DNA of 64,000 nt from Gemmatimonadota bacterium (GTDB lineage Bacteria; Gemmatimonadota; Gemmatimonadetes; Longimicrobiales; Gaopeijiaceae), in contig JBDHHQ010000008.1 in assembly GCA_039589315.1 (NCBI GenBank), forward strand, positions 15,109 through 79,108, in the 5' to 3' direction. This document shows, piece by piece, positions 19,257 through 29,664 of the stretch (the stretch's first letter is position 1; each line of letters opens with the position of its first letter). The notes beneath the pieces were generated by a model, which had not been told where the DNA came from, made no database searches, and saw nothing but the letters and a program-made list of their open reading frames with translations. The position numbers and the translations under genes are program-made.

Positions 19257-21013
19257 GCGGAGGCGACCTCGCCACCCCACCGGTTCTCGCACCGGCGCCC
19301 CAGCCTTCCTGGCGCACCCCTGACCCACCTGACGAGCACGCGATCTCCCACCTTCAGACAGCGCTGCGCCTCCCCCGCGCTCTCTGCGCCGTCCTCGTAG
19401 CCCGGGGACTGAGCGAAGAGACGGCGGCCAAGGCCTACCTTCGCCCCCTCCTCGACGGCCTTCACCCACCTTCGGGCCTACCCGACGCCGATCGGGCGGC
19501 AGACCGACTTCTCGAAGCGATCCGTGGTGGTGAGCAGGTGCTGGTCCACGGCGACTACGACGTGGACGGGGTGTCCGGCGTGGCGCTCCTGACGAGGTGG
19601 ATCCGGCGTCTGGGCGGCCGCGTAACCCCGTTCGTGCCGCATCGAGTCCGCGACGGTTACGACTTCGGGCCTGCGGGCCTCCGTGTGGCCCAGGAGGCCG
19701 GTGCCCACTTGATCGTCACCGTGGACTGCGGGATCACGGCCCTCGAGGCGGTAGCCCGCGCACGCTCGATGGGGATCGACGTGATCGTGACGGACCATCA
19801 CACGCCGGGCCCATCGCTTCCACCGGCCCTGGCGGTGGTCAACCCCCAGCTCCCCGACTCCACCTATCCCAATCGGGGCCTGTGCGGCGCCGCTGTGGCG
19901 TTCAAGCTCTGTCAGCTCCTGGCCCAGGCCCATGGGGTGGAGGACGAGGAGCTCTATGCGTCCCTGGACCTGGTGGCGCTGGCGACCATCGCCGACCTGG
20001 TGCCGCTGGACGGAGAGAACCGCATCCTGGCACGCTATGGCCTCAGGGCGATGGCGAGTACGACGAATCCCGGCCTGCGAGCCCTGCTCGCCAGCTCGAG
20101 GCTGGACAGAGGACCCATCGACGCCGGCAAGGTGGGGTTCATCCTGGCTCCCCGGATCAACGCCGTCGGCCGGATGGGGGCGGCTGCTACGGCCCTCGAC
20201 CTGCTGCTCACCGAGGACGAGGACGAAGCGGCCCGTCTGGCCGACACGTTGGAGGAGCAGAACCGCATCCGCAGGGAGGAGGACCGACGGACCCTGGATC
20301 AAGCCCTGGGACTGCTGGCCGCCGACTACGAGCCCGAGCGGGATTTCGGTGTGGTGCTGGGTGCAGAGGGCTGGCATCCTGGCGTCATCGGCATCGTCGC
20401 GTCCAGGGTGGTCGAGCGCATCCACCGACCCACGGTGCTCGTGGCGTTCCAGGGGGCGGACGGTCGGGGCAGCGCCCGGTCGATCCCCGGGTTCCACCTC
20501 TACGACGCGGTTCGAGCGTGCTCCGGGCACCTGACCCGCTTCGGCGGCCACCGTCAAGCAGCGGGCATGGACCTCCGGCGCACGTCCCTGGAGGCGTTCA
20601 AGACGGCCTTCAACGAGGAGGCGAGGAGCAGGCTCGAGGGCGTGTCTCCGAAGCCCAGAATCCAGGCTGACCTGGAGGTGAGCCTCGACGACGTGACCCT
20701 CGAGATGGCCCACTACCTGCAATACATGGGACCGTTCGGCATCTCCAATCGGAAGCCCGTCTTCTTGGCCCGGAACGTGGAGTTGACGGCGCCGCCGAAC
20801 CTGGTAAAGGGAGAGCATCTGGGGCTCAGGCTCGGCCAGGACCGGGCGAGGCTCCGAGCCATCGGATTCGGGATCGCCCACCGGGTTCCTCCCGAAGCCC
20901 TCGGCATGGGGCCGGTGGACCTGGTCTTTCAGGTCGCCGAGCGTGAGTTCCGGGGATCGCGCGCCTTGCAGGCCCGGGTCCTCGACGTGCGCCCGTCGGC
21001 GGGAGCGCCGTGA
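19253..21013 (+). CDS. recJ: Single-stranded-DNA-specific exonuclease RecJ
   Basis: It has DHH family motifs (VHGDYDVDGVS, VDCG, VTDHHTP) and a DHHA1 motif (GGHRQAAG). There is a GTGA overlap with the upstream gene. Confidence 0.9.
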   Translation: MSGGDLATPPVLAPAPQPSWRTPDPPDEHAISHLQTALRLPRALCAVLVARGLSEETAAKAYLRPLLDGLHPPSGLPDADRAADRLLEAIRGGEQVLVHGDYDVDGVSGVALLTRWIRRLGGRVTPFVPHRVRDGYDFGPAGLRVAQEAGAHLIVTVDCGITALEAVARARSMGIDVIVTDHHTPGPSLPPALAVVNPQLPDSTYPNRGLCGAAVAFKLCQLLAQAHGVEDEELYASLDLVALATIADLVPLDGENRILARYGLRAMASTTNPGLRALLASSRLDRGPIDAGKVGFILAPRINAVGRMGAAATALDLLLTEDEDEAARLADTLEEQNRIRREEDRRTLDQALGLLAADYEPERDFGVVLGAEGWHPGVIGIVASRVVERIHRPTVLVAFQGADGRGSARSIPGFHLYDAVRACSGHLTRFGGHRQAAGMDLRRTSLEAFKTAFNEEARSRLEGVSPKPRIQADLEVSLDDVTLEMAHYLQYMGPFGISNRKPVFLARNVELTAPPNLVKGEHLGLRLGQDRARLRAIGFGIAHRVPPEALGMGPVDLVFQVAEREFRGSRALQARVLDVRPSAGAP

Positions 21014-21537
21014 GGATCATCGCCGGCCGCTGGCGGGGCCACCGCATCAAGGCCCCCCGGGGTCGGGACGTACGCCCTACCACCGACCGGGTGAGGGAAG
21101 CGTGGATGTCGGCCATCGGCGGATCGGTGGTGGGGGCCTCCGTGCTGGACCTCTTCGCGGGCTCCGGCGCCCTCGGGCTGGAGGCGCTCAGCCGCGGCGC
21201 CGACCGTGTGGTCTTCGTCGAGCGGGCTCGGGGGGCACTCCTGGCCCTGGAGTCCAACGTCGTTCTGCTGGGGGCGCAGGAGGCCTGTCGCGTGGTGCGC
21301 GCGGACGCGCTGGCCTTCGTCGCCGACCTCGACGCCGAGGCGTTCGACCTGGCACTCGCGGATCCGCCCTACGGCCGAGGGCTGGCCGCTCAGCTCATGC
21401 AGCGCTTTCTCGAGAGACCGTTTGCGCGAGAGCTTTGGGTCGAGCATCGTACGTCGGAGGACGTACTGGAAGCTCCCGGCCTTCGGCATCGGAGGTATGG
21501 GGACACGACGCTCACCCACCTGGTCGCAGCTTCATGA
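21010..21537 (+). CDS. rsmD: 16S rRNA (guanine966-N2)-methyltransferase RsmD
   Basis: It has RPTTDRVREA, the SAM motif LDLFAGSGALGLEALSRGA and the catalytic DPPY. Confidence 0.85.
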   Translation: MRIIAGRWRGHRIKAPRGRDVRPTTDRVREAWMSAIGGSVVGASVLDLFAGSGALGLEALSRGADRVVFVERARGALLALESNVVLLGAQEACRVVRADALAFVADLDAEAFDLALADPPYGRGLAAQLMQRFLERPFARELWVEHRTSEDVLEAPGLRHRRYGDTTLTHLVAAS

Positions 21538-22031
21538 CGCCCACGCGCCCACTCATAGCGCTCTATCCCGGGTCCTTCGATCCCATCACGCGAGGTCACG
21601 AGGACATCGCCCGCCGGACTCTGGGGCTCGCCGACCGCCTCATCGTGGCCGTGGCGGCCACGGCCAGCCAGTCCAAGAGCAGCCTGTTCACCCTCGAGGA
21701 GCGCCTCGAGCTGATCGGTGAGGTCTTCTCCGACGAGGAGCGAATCGAGTGCCGGACCTTCGAGGGGTTGCTCGTGGACTTCGCGAGGGACGTGGGCGCC
21801 CGCTTCGTGATCCGTGGCTTGCGGGCCGTCTCCGATTTCGAGTACGAGTTCCAGATGGCACAGATGAACCGTGAGCTCTGGAGCGACATCGAGACGCTGT
21901 TCCTGACACCCGACCTGCACTACTCGTTTCTGTCCGCGTCGCTGGTGCGGCAGGTGGCCGCCCTCGGCGGCGACGTCACTCCCTTCGTCTCTGCCCCGGT
22001 GCTTCGGCGTCTGGAGAAGAAGCTGGGCTGA
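21534..22031 (+). CDS. coaD: Phosphopantetheine adenylyltransferase
   Basis: It has the YPGSFDPITRGHEDI motif and is 165 aa long. There is an ATGA overlap with rsmD. Confidence 0.9.
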   Translation: MTPTRPLIALYPGSFDPITRGHEDIARRTLGLADRLIVAVAATASQSKSSLFTLEERLELIGEVFSDEERIECRTFEGLLVDFARDVGARFVIRGLRAVSDFEYEFQMAQMNRELWSDIETLFLTPDLHYSFLSASLVRQVAALGGDVTPFVSAPVLRRLEKKLG

Positions 22032-23014
22032 TGGGGTTCCTGCAGGCCCTCCGTGACCGGGCCGGCGCACACCCCCGGACCCTGGTCTTCGCCGAAGGTC
22101 ATGACTCCCGTGTCCGGGAGGCGTGTGTCCAGCTCGCCCGGTCGGGACTGGCCAGGCCCGTCGTCCTGGGACCGGGAGATCCGCCGGCGGGTCTGGCGGG
22201 GGGGGCGGACCTCGGCGAGCCCGAGTGGCTCGACCCTTCCCAGGGCGACGCCGACCGATACGCCGAAGTCTACCGGCGTACGCGGGCGGCGCGCTCGCGC
22301 GGCGAATCCCACGTCCGGCGGGCCGTGCAGGACCCTCTGGTGCGAGGGGCCCTCATGGTAGCCATGGGGGAGGCCGACGGCATGGTGGCGGGCCTGACCT
22401 ATGCGACGGCCGACGTGGTGCGCGCCGGCATTCGCTGCATCGGACCGGCGGAAGGCATCCGCACCGTGTCGTCGTCGTTTTACATGGTGGTCCCGCCGTT
22501 CCGCTCCGACCAGGAGGAGGTCCTGACCTTCACCGACGCCGGGGTTGTCCCGGACCCGGATGCCGAGCAGCTCGCCGAGATCGCCATGGCCGCCGCCCGG
22601 GCGCGCCGCCTGGTGGTGGGAGACGACCCGCGCGTGGCCTTCCTGTCGTACTCGACCCGGGGGAGCGCGGCGGGGGCCTCGGTGGAGCGTGTGGTCGAGG
22701 CGCTGGACATCTTCCGCAGCCGCATGCCCGACGTCCCGGCCGACGGCGAGCTGCAGGCCGACGCCGCGCTGGTGGCTTCGGTGGCGGACCGGAAGGCACC
22801 CCGTTCCGAGGTGGCTGGCCACGCCAACACCCTGGTCTTCCCAGACCTCGACGCCGCCAACATCGCCTACAAGCTGGTCCAGCGGCTGGCCCACGCGACG
22901 GCGTTGGGCCCCATCCTCCAGGGCCTCTCTCGCCCGTGCAACGACCTCTCGCGAGGGGCTAGCGCGCAGGACGTAGTGGACGTGGCGTGCATCACCGCGC
23001 TCATGGCCGGGTGA
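22031..23014 (+). CDS. pta: Phosphate acetyltransferase (short PTA_PTB-type)
   Basis: It has PTA_PTB blocks (FAEGHDSRV, GEADGMVAG, DAANIAYKLVQRL, GLSRPCNDLSRGAS). No ackA is present in the window. Confidence 0.75.
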   Translation: MGFLQALRDRAGAHPRTLVFAEGHDSRVREACVQLARSGLARPVVLGPGDPPAGLAGGADLGEPEWLDPSQGDADRYAEVYRRTRAARSRGESHVRRAVQDPLVRGALMVAMGEADGMVAGLTYATADVVRAGIRCIGPAEGIRTVSSSFYMVVPPFRSDQEEVLTFTDAGVVPDPDAEQLAEIAMAAARARRLVVGDDPRVAFLSYSTRGSAAGASVERVVEALDIFRSRMPDVPADGELQADAALVASVADRKAPRSEVAGHANTLVFPDLDAANIAYKLVQRLAHATALGPILQGLSRPCNDLSRGASAQDVVDVACITALMAG

Positions 23015-23121
23015 CGAGGCGCAGCGGGGTGGCGGTGGCTCGAGGCGTCGCCTCGCCGGCGGAGCGCACCTGTTTCCGGCCGACGGAGCCACCCGCGTCG
23101 GGCCTCTCGGCAGCGATCGCC

Positions 23122-23149
23122 TTGCATGGGACGCCCCGCTTCTTATATC
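23122..23149 (+). promoter_or_regulatory. Candidate sigma70-type promoter (TTGCAT-N16-TATATC) in the 256-nt spacer upstream of the STAS gene
   Basis: It sits in a local AT-rich island within GC-rich DNA. The hexamers were read directly and there is no experimental support. Confidence 0.3.
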
Positions 23150-23270
23150 GTTTTTCGATGTTTTGTCGCGGGATCGCACTCTGATTCGGTGACCTGCCGA
23201 CCCGGTCGGAGGTGACGGGCGAGGTTTCCCAGGTCCATCGGACGCTTTACGGAAAGGTCGCGGGAAACGG

Positions 23271-23603
23271 ATGAGCTTTCAGGTCAACAGGGAAGGCAAC
23301 GTCACCGTCGTCGACGTGGAAGGACAGCTGATCGTCGGTAACCGCCAGGAGCTCAAGCAGAAGGTGCTCGAGGAGCTCGAGGGCGGGGAGCGGACGTTCG
23401 TGATCGACTTCGAGAACACTGGCTACATCGATTCGTCCGGTCTCGGCGTCCTCGTGAGCCTGTCGAAGAAGATCCGGGAGCAGGGCGGAGAGCTCCGTCT
23501 CGCCGGGTTGAACGAGGACCTGCGCACGCTCTTCGAGCTCACCAAGCTCGATACCCTGTTCAAGATCGCCGACACCCGATCGGAAGCTCTCCAGGGGCTC
23601 TGA
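23271..23603 (+). CDS. STAS-domain anti-sigma-factor antagonist (SpoIIAA/RsbV-like)
   Basis: A 110-aa protein with a conserved phosphorylatable Ser context (GYIDSSGLGVLV). Confidence 0.85.
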   Translation: MSFQVNREGNVTVVDVEGQLIVGNRQELKQKVLEELEGGERTFVIDFENTGYIDSSGLGVLVSLSKKIREQGGELRLAGLNEDLRTLFELTKLDTLFKIADTRSEALQGL

Positions 23604-23728
23604 TCTCCGACGGAGGCCAACCGGCCCCGACCCCGCGCAGGAGACGTATGACTCGATCCCGCGGACCCGGCCCGCCGACTTCGAGGCCGCTCGTAGAGCG
23701 TGCTCCGAAGGGGAGGAAGACCCGGTAG

Positions 23729-24199
23729 ATGGACCGAGAACTCGTCCTCGAGCTCCCCAGCGACGTGCGCACCATCGAGCATGCGGTCTCGTACGTCATG
23801 GCCCGATGTGCCGTGTGCGAGATCGCTGCGAGGAAGCTCGACCTCAACCTCCGCGTAGGACTCACCGAGGCGCTGTCCAACGCCATGCTGTACGGCAACG
23901 CCGAGGACCCGGCGAAGCGCGTGCGCGTCGAGATCTCCCTCGAGGCCGGGTCCATCACGGCTCGCATCACCGACCAGGGCGACGGCTTCGACCCCGGCGC
24001 CGTACCCGATCCGCGGACGCCCCGGAATCTGGTTGGCGAGAGCGGTCGGGGGCTGTTCCTGATGCGCGAGCTCCTGGATGAGGTCCACTACAACGAGCGG
24101 GGCAACTCCGTGACGCTCGTTCTTCGTGTCGAGGCGAGCGTGGTCCAGGAGCTTTCCGAACCCCCGGACGCCGGCGGATGTCCTGGGGCCACGGCATGA
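23729..24199 (+). CDS. Anti-sigma regulatory factor, Ser/Thr protein kinase (RsbW/SpoIIAB-like HATPase)
   Basis: It has an N-box (EALSNAMLYGN), a G1 box (DQGDGFD) and a G2 box (GRGLFLM). Confidence 0.8.
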   Translation: MDRELVLELPSDVRTIEHAVSYVMARCAVCEIAARKLDLNLRVGLTEALSNAMLYGNAEDPAKRVRVEISLEAGSITARITDQGDGFDPGAVPDPRTPRNLVGESGRGLFLMRELLDEVHYNERGNSVTLVLRVEASVVQELSEPPDAGGCPGATA

Positions 24200-25797
24200 C
24201 CTCGGACGCTCCGACACGGGATCCCCTGCCGGAGTCCGTCCTCCTCACACTCCAAGAGTTCCGGAGTCGCCTGGGTGTGGATCTGCACCTCTGGCAGACG
24301 CTGCCCGACGGCTGCCCGGCGCATGTCTTCCCGGCCGACGGGATCGCGCCGGATCGGGCGGACCCGGCGACCTCGGTGCGCCGCTCGCTCGCCCCGAGAG
24401 GCGGTCCGCCGCTCGAGCTCGAGATCAGGAACGCCGAGGGCGATCGGACAGAGGCCCTGGCGGAGGCCCTGGGAGCGACGCTCGAGCGGACCTACGAGGC
24501 CGCGCAGGAGATCCGCTTCTTCACCTACGAGATCTCCGAGCGGTACGAGGAGATCAACCTGCTCTACTCCATCAGCGAGACCCTCGGATCGATCCTCGAT
24601 CTGAAGGAAGCGGCCCGGAACATCCTGACGGAGGTTTCCGACGTGCTGGGGGCCCGGCGTGGCTCCCTGTGGGTGCACGCTCCCGAAGCCCACGAGTTGA
24701 GGCTCACCGCGTGGGTCGGAGAGAAGGGGCTCCAGGGCCCGCTCTCGGTGGACGATCCCCAGGCCGTCACCGCCCAGGTCTTCCGGGAAGGGCGCTCTCT
24801 CATCGTGGCCGCGGGTGCCTCGGCCAGCGAGGGGGGACCGGGTGCGGCGGGATCCGGCGATGAGGCGGCCGGGCCCGAGTCCCACCTCTCCGTTCCCATT
24901 CGCTACACGGCGCCCTCCGGGAGCGCCAAGACGGTAGGCGTCTTGAACCTCGTCGGTCGGCGCCGGGGCGGCCGCTTCACCGCCAGCGACCAGAAGCTCC
25001 TCTCCGCCATCGCGAGCCAGGTCGGCGCGGCGTTGGAGAACAACCGGCTGATCCAGGAGAGCCTCGCCCAGGAGCGGGTCGCCCGAGAGATGGAGCTGGC
25101 CCACGACCTTCAGATGAAGCTGATGCCTCCGTTGGACAGAGCGGACGGGACTCGCGTCGCGGGCCGGGTTGAGCCGGCGGTCTCGGTCGGTGGAGACCTC
25201 TACCACCTGTTCGAGCTCGAGGCGGGTCGCCTCGGCTTGATGATCGGCGACGTGTCGGGCCACGGCTTCCCGGCGGCGCTCATCATGGCCCTGTCGCTGA
25301 GCGCGGCGAGCATCTATGCCTCGGCTTCGGAGACCCCGTGCCGGGTCCTTCGGCAGATGGACGACGCGCTGCGGGACGAGTTGGAAAGCACCGAGACCTA
25401 CCTGACCGCGTTCTACTGCATCCTGGATCCGGAGGCCGGCACGCTTTCGTACTGCAACGCTGGACACCCGCACGCGTTCGTGATCCATGACGACGGTTCC
25501 GTCGATCGACTGGCCGCCACGGATCCGCCCATCGGAATCGCCGGGCCGGACGCGTACAACCAGCGAACCGTGCACTGGGCCCGGGACCGGGATTGCCTCT
25601 TCCTGTTCACGGACGGGCTCTCCGACACCCTGGCGGCCGAGGCTCCGGGAAGCGGGGAGGACTTCGTCGTGAACCAGGTGGTGCGTCGACGGCGTGCGAC
25701 GCCCGACCAGATCGTGGACGAGTTGCTGGCCATGGCCAGGGAGGCCACGCCGACGGTCCCGGCCGACGACCGCACCGCGATCGTCCTCAAGTCCTGA
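24196..25797 (+). CDS. GAF-domain PP2C-type phosphatase (RsbU/SpoIIE family)
   Basis: It has a central GAF-like region followed by SpoIIE/PP2C motifs (GGDLYH, IGDVSGHG, LFTDGLSD, DDRTAIVL). There is an ATGA overlap with the kinase stop. Confidence 0.85.
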   Translation: MTSDAPTRDPLPESVLLTLQEFRSRLGVDLHLWQTLPDGCPAHVFPADGIAPDRADPATSVRRSLAPRGGPPLELEIRNAEGDRTEALAEALGATLERTYEAAQEIRFFTYEISERYEEINLLYSISETLGSILDLKEAARNILTEVSDVLGARRGSLWVHAPEAHELRLTAWVGEKGLQGPLSVDDPQAVTAQVFREGRSLIVAAGASASEGGPGAAGSGDEAAGPESHLSVPIRYTAPSGSAKTVGVLNLVGRRRGGRFTASDQKLLSAIASQVGAALENNRLIQESLAQERVAREMELAHDLQMKLMPPLDRADGTRVAGRVEPAVSVGGDLYHLFELEAGRLGLMIGDVSGHGFPAALIMALSLSAASIYASASETPCRVLRQMDDALRDELESTETYLTAFYCILDPEAGTLSYCNAGHPHAFVIHDDGSVDRLAATDPPIGIAGPDAYNQRTVHWARDRDCLFLFTDGLSDTLAAEAPGSGEDFVVNQVVRRRRATPDQIVDELLAMAREATPTVPADDRTAIVLKS

Positions 25798-25820
25798 CGC
25801 TTCCCCCCGCCACCCACGCC

Positions 25821-26663
25821 GTGCGTGCACGCCCGTCCGAGCCCCACCGACCCAAGAAGAGCCTCGGCCAGAACTTCCTGATCGATCCCAATCTCCAACG
25901 GAAGATCGTGGCTGCTCTCGCTCCGGGCCCCGATGACGAGATCCTGGAGATCGGCCCGGGACGAGGTGCGCTCACGGACCACCTGGTGGGCATGCCCCGC
26001 CGGCTCACCCTGGTCGAGCTTGACGATCGCTTGAGCGAGGAGCTGCAGGTTCGGTACGAAGGGCGAGCCGACGTACACGTCGTGCACGCCGACTTCCTGA
26101 AGGTGGATATCCGGTCCCTGACCGAACGCCCGGAGGAGCTCAAGGTGGTGGGGAACATCCCCTACAACGTCACTGCACCCATCGTGTTCAGGCTCCTGGA
26201 GCCGCCGCGGCCAGCCGAGATCGTCCTCATGGTCCAGCGGGAGGTCGCGCAGCGCATGGCGGCCTCGCCGGGGACGGCCGAATACGGTGCACTGACCGTG
26301 GGCGTCCAGTCGGTGGCCCGAGTCGAGACCCTGTTCAAGGTGCCCCGAACGGCATTTCGTCCCGTGCCCCGGGTGGACTCCAGCGTGGTCAGACTCGTGC
26401 CGCGGCGCCCGGCGCCCATGTCTCCCGAAGAGGAGGCCCGTCTCCGGGAGCTCACGAGGGTGGCATTCGGATGGCGCCGCAAACAGTTTCAGAAAACTCT
26501 CAGGGATCATCCCCGGTATCGCCTTCCCCGGGAGGCGGTGGAGCGTCTGGAAGCCGAATCCGGCCTCGACCTGACGGGTCGCCCGGAGACCTTCTCGCCG
26601 GGCTCGTTTCTCACGCTGTCCAGGCTCCTCGCCAGGGCCGGGCCCCACCCGAACGAGGCATGA
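25821..26663 (+). CDS. rsmA: 16S rRNA (adenine1518/1519-N6)-dimethyltransferase RsmA/KsgA
   Basis: It has [11 protein letters not shown], the SAM motif [10 protein letters not shown] and NIPYN. The GTG start at 25821 was chosen. Confidence 0.9.
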   Translation: MRARPSEPHRPKKSLGQNFLIDPNLQRKIVAALAPGPDDEILEIGPGRGALTDHLVGMPRRLTLVELDDRLSEELQVRYEGRADVHVVHADFLKVDIRSLTERPEELKVVGNIPYNVTAPIVFRLLEPPRPAEIVLMVQREVAQRMAASPGTAEYGALTVGVQSVARVETLFKVPRTAFRPVPRVDSSVVRLVPRRPAPMSPEEEARLRELTRVAFGWRRKQFQKTLRDHPRYRLPREAVERLEAESGLDLTGRPETFSPGSFLTLSRLLARAGPHPNEA

Positions 26664-26667
26664 CGGC

Positions 26668-28032
26668 ATGACCGATGCCCGAGCGACGATACCGGAGCGC
26701 CAACCCTCCAGGTCTCGGTGGCTGAACGCGTTGGGCCTGGACCGGAAGGAGGTGCGGGCCTGGGCCATGTACGACTGGGCCAATTCCGCCTTCGCTACCA
26801 CCGTCATGGCCGGGGTGCTCCCGGTCTACTACGCGACCGTGGCCGGGGCCGACCTTCCGGGGAATCGGGCCACGGTCTATTGGGCGTACACCGCCTCCAT
26901 CGCGCTGGCGATCATCGCCGTCCTGTCGCCGGTCCTGGGTGCCGTGGCCGACTACCTCGGGGCGAAGAAACGATTCCTGGCCGTGTTCGCCGCCCTGGGC
27001 ATCGCGGGCACGTCTCTGCTCTACTTCGTGCGGAGCGGCGATTGGCTGTTCGCCTCGTGCGTGTTCATCGTGGCCAACATCGGCTTCGCCGGCGCCAACG
27101 TCTTCTACGAGTCCCTCCTGCCTTCCCTGGCCTCGGACGAGGAGATCGACCGGGTGTCCACTGCCGGATACGCAGTGGGCTACGTCGGCGGCGGCGTGCT
27201 TCTGGCGGTGAACCTGGCGTGGATCCTCATGCCGGAGCGGTTCGGGTTCGCCGACGGTGGCGTCGCGTCGCGCGCGTCCTTCGTCTCCGTCGCCGTGTGG
27301 TGGGCGGTCTTCTCGGTACCGCTCCTTCGACGGGTGCCGGAGCCGGAGCGGAAGCTCGAGGAGGGAGAGTCGCTTTCGGCCAACCCAGTCGGGATCGGCT
27401 TCGCCCGGGTCTGGGAGACGCTGCGGGAGCTCAAGGGGCACAAGGAGATCTTCATCTTTCTCCTGGCCTTCTGGCTCTACAACGACGGCATCGGGACCAT
27501 CATCAAGATGGCCACGATCTACGGCTCCGAGATCGGCATCGGCGAGAGCCACCTCATCGGTGCCCTGCTGGTCGTCCAGTTCGTGGGGATCCCCTTCACC
27601 TTCGGCTTCGGCTTCGTGGCGGGGCGGATCGGCGCCAAGCGGGGGATCTACGTGGCCCTGGCCGTCTACACCGCGATCGCCATGCTGGGGTACTTCATGG
27701 AGTACGCCTGGCAGTTCTGGACCCTGGCGCTCATGGTGGCCATGGTGCAGGGCGGGTCGCAGGCGCTGAGCCGATCGCTCTTCGCCAGCATGATCCCGGA
27801 GGGCAAGGCGTCGCAGTTCTTCGGGTTCTTCAGCGTCAGCGCCAAATTCGCCGGCATTATCGGCCCGCTCCTCTTCGCTGTCGTCGGGCAGATCACGGGC
27901 GGCAGCCGCCTGAGCATTCTCTCGCTCATCGTGTTCTTCGTCGGCGGCATGGCCCTGCTCAGCTTGGTGGACGTGGAGGCCGGGCAGCGCAAGGCACGGG
28001 CCGAAGATGCCACGCTGGTGGCCGCGGACTGA
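26668..28032 (+). CDS. MFS transporter (UMF1/Atg22-like family)
   Basis: A 454-aa protein with about 12 hydrophobic segments. The N terminus ([15 protein letters not shown]) is typical of the UMF1 family. Confidence 0.75.
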   Translation: MTDARATIPERQPSRSRWLNALGLDRKEVRAWAMYDWANSAFATTVMAGVLPVYYATVAGADLPGNRATVYWAYTASIALAIIAVLSPVLGAVADYLGAKKRFLAVFAALGIAGTSLLYFVRSGDWLFASCVFIVANIGFAGANVFYESLLPSLASDEEIDRVSTAGYAVGYVGGGVLLAVNLAWILMPERFGFADGGVASRASFVSVAVWWAVFSVPLLRRVPEPERKLEEGESLSANPVGIGFARVWETLRELKGHKEIFIFLLAFWLYNDGIGTIIKMATIYGSEIGIGESHLIGALLVVQFVGIPFTFGFGFVAGRIGAKRGIYVALAVYTAIAMLGYFMEYAWQFWTLALMVAMVQGGSQALSRSLFASMIPEGKASQFFGFFSVSAKFAGIIGPLLFAVVGQITGGSRLSILSLIVFFVGGMALLSLVDVEAGQRKARAEDATLVAAD

Positions 28033-28170
28033 CCCTCGTGGGCCTGGGACGCCCGGGCTCCCGCGTTCACGGGTAGGAAAGGGGCCAGCGCGACCGTGAC
28101 GCGCCCAGGGAGTCCGATCAGCCGCCGATCGCCCGGGCCGCGTTGACGGGCTCATCCCCGGGTCGACATA

Positions 28171-28190
28171 TTTGTGAAGATTTTCACAAA
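28171..28190. promoter_or_regulatory. Rex operator (ROP box) TTTGTGAA-GATT-TTCACAAA
   Basis: It has perfect 8-bp inverted arms with a 4-nt spacer, matching the Rex consensus TTGTGAA-N4-TTCACAA. It lies 15 nt upstream of the rex start in an AT-rich island. Confidence 0.85.
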
Positions 28191-28204
28191 CCTCTCGGCC
28201 CGCT

Positions 28205-28837
28205 GTGTCGCACAAGATCTCCGACTCGACAATCCGCCGACTTTCGGTTTATCTTCGCCTTCTGGAAGACCTGGAGGTGGAAGGCACCGCAACCGTATCC
28301 AGTGAGACGTTGGCGCGGCAGGCCGGCGCAACGGCGGCACAGATCCGCAAGGACCTGTCTCTCTTCGGCTCCTTCGGCAAGCGGGGGATGGGGTACTCCG
28401 TCGCCGAGTTGGCCACGCGGGTCCGGGGCATCCTGGGCCTCGCGCGGCAATGGCGCGTAGCGCTGGTCGGAGCGGGTCGGATCGGGTCGGCGCTGTTCGC
28501 CTACCCGAATCTCTCCTCCCGGGGCTTCCACATCGTGACGGTAGTGGACAGCGACCCCGAGAAGGTAGGGAGGCGATGGGGCGAAGTGTGGATCCGGCCG
28601 GACGACGAGCTGGAACGGGCCATCCAGGAGGAACAGGTGGACATGGCCATCCTGGCGGTCCCCGGGCACGCGGCGCAGGCGGTGATGGACCGGGTGGTCG
28701 CGGCGGGGGTCAGGGGCATTCTCAACTTCGCCCCCGTGCCGCTGCGCGTGCCGGAGGACGTCTGGCTCAAGGACGTCAATCTCGTCATCGAAATGGAGGC
28801 GCTCTCCTATGCGCTGAGCCAGGAAGCCCCGGACTGA
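28205..28837 (+). CDS. rex: Redox-sensing transcriptional repressor Rex
   Basis: It has an N-terminal winged helix (TIRRLSVYLRLLEDL...QIRKDLSLFGSFGKRGMGY) and a Rossmann NADH motif (VALVGAGRIGSAL). It starts at GTG. Confidence 0.9.
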   Translation: MSHKISDSTIRRLSVYLRLLEDLEVEGTATVSSETLARQAGATAAQIRKDLSLFGSFGKRGMGYSVAELATRVRGILGLARQWRVALVGAGRIGSALFAYPNLSSRGFHIVTVVDSDPEKVGRRWGEVWIRPDDELERAIQEEQVDMAILAVPGHAAQAVMDRVVAAGVRGILNFAPVPLRVPEDVWLKDVNLVIEMEALSYALSQEAPD

Positions 28838-29664
28838 CCGGGACGTCCCTGGCGGACCGGGCGGCCGAGCTCCTGGGCGATGGCCCGGTCCCGGCCGCGG
28901 AGATCGCGCGCTGCGTCATGGGCCTGACGGGTCCGAGTGACGTCACCGGGACCGTGGTCGACGCGCTGCTCGGCACCGATCGCCGCTTCCGCCTCCGCAA
29001 GGACGGCCGGTGGGAGGTCGTGCCGCGCCCCGGTCCCCCCTCTCCGTCGCTCGGAAGCCTCCGCTACGCCGTCGTGGACGTGGAGACGACAGGGAGCCTC
29101 CGCTGGCGTGGGCATGGCATCGTGGAGATCGCCGTCGTCGAGATCCGGGACGGATTCGTCTGTGACACCTTCCAGACCCTCCTGAATCCGGGCCGACCCA
29201 TACCCCCGTTCGTCACCGCGCTCACCGGTATCACGCCCGCCATGGTGGCGGGAGCCCCGCTCTTCGAGCACGTGGCGCCACGGGTGTTCGAGCGGCTTGC
29301 CGGACGCGTCTTCGTGGCTCACAACGTGGGCTTCGACTGGGGATTCGTGCGGTCCCACCTTCAGCACTCGCTGGGGCAGGTTCCCGAGGTGCCGCGACTG
29401 TGCACCGTGCACCTGGCCAGACGACTGCTGCCCCGGATTCGGCGCCGGAATCTCGATGCGCTCTCCAGTCATTTCGGGATCGAGATCCACGGGCGGCACC
29501 GGGCGCTCGGTGATGCCTTGGCGACGGCCCGGATCCTCTTGCGGCTGTTGGATGAGGCGCGCAGGGTGGGCATCGGGGACCTGAGTGCGCTGGGGGCGTT
29601 GCTCGCCATCCCGCGCCGCGGACGGGGCGGGGCCCTCCCGGCATCCAGTGCGATGCGCGCGTGA
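28834..29664 (+). CDS. DnaQ-like 3'-5' exonuclease domain protein (start uncertain: CTG 28834/28849 or ATG 28918)
   Basis: It has Exo I (VVDVETTG), Exo II (VAHNVGFDWGFV) and Exo III (HRALGDALATARIL) motifs. The N-terminal domain reads through in frame from the rex stop. Confidence 0.75.
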   Translation: MTGTSLADRAAELLGDGPVPAAEIARCVMGLTGPSDVTGTVVDALLGTDRRFRLRKDGRWEVVPRPGPPSPSLGSLRYAVVDVETTGSLRWRGHGIVEIAVVEIRDGFVCDTFQTLLNPGRPIPPFVTALTGITPAMVAGAPLFEHVAPRVFERLAGRVFVAHNVGFDWGFVRSHLQHSLGQVPEVPRLCTVHLARRLLPRIRRRNLDALSSHFGIEIHGRHRALGDALATARILLRLLDEARRVGIGDLSALGALLAIPRRGRGGALPASSAMRA

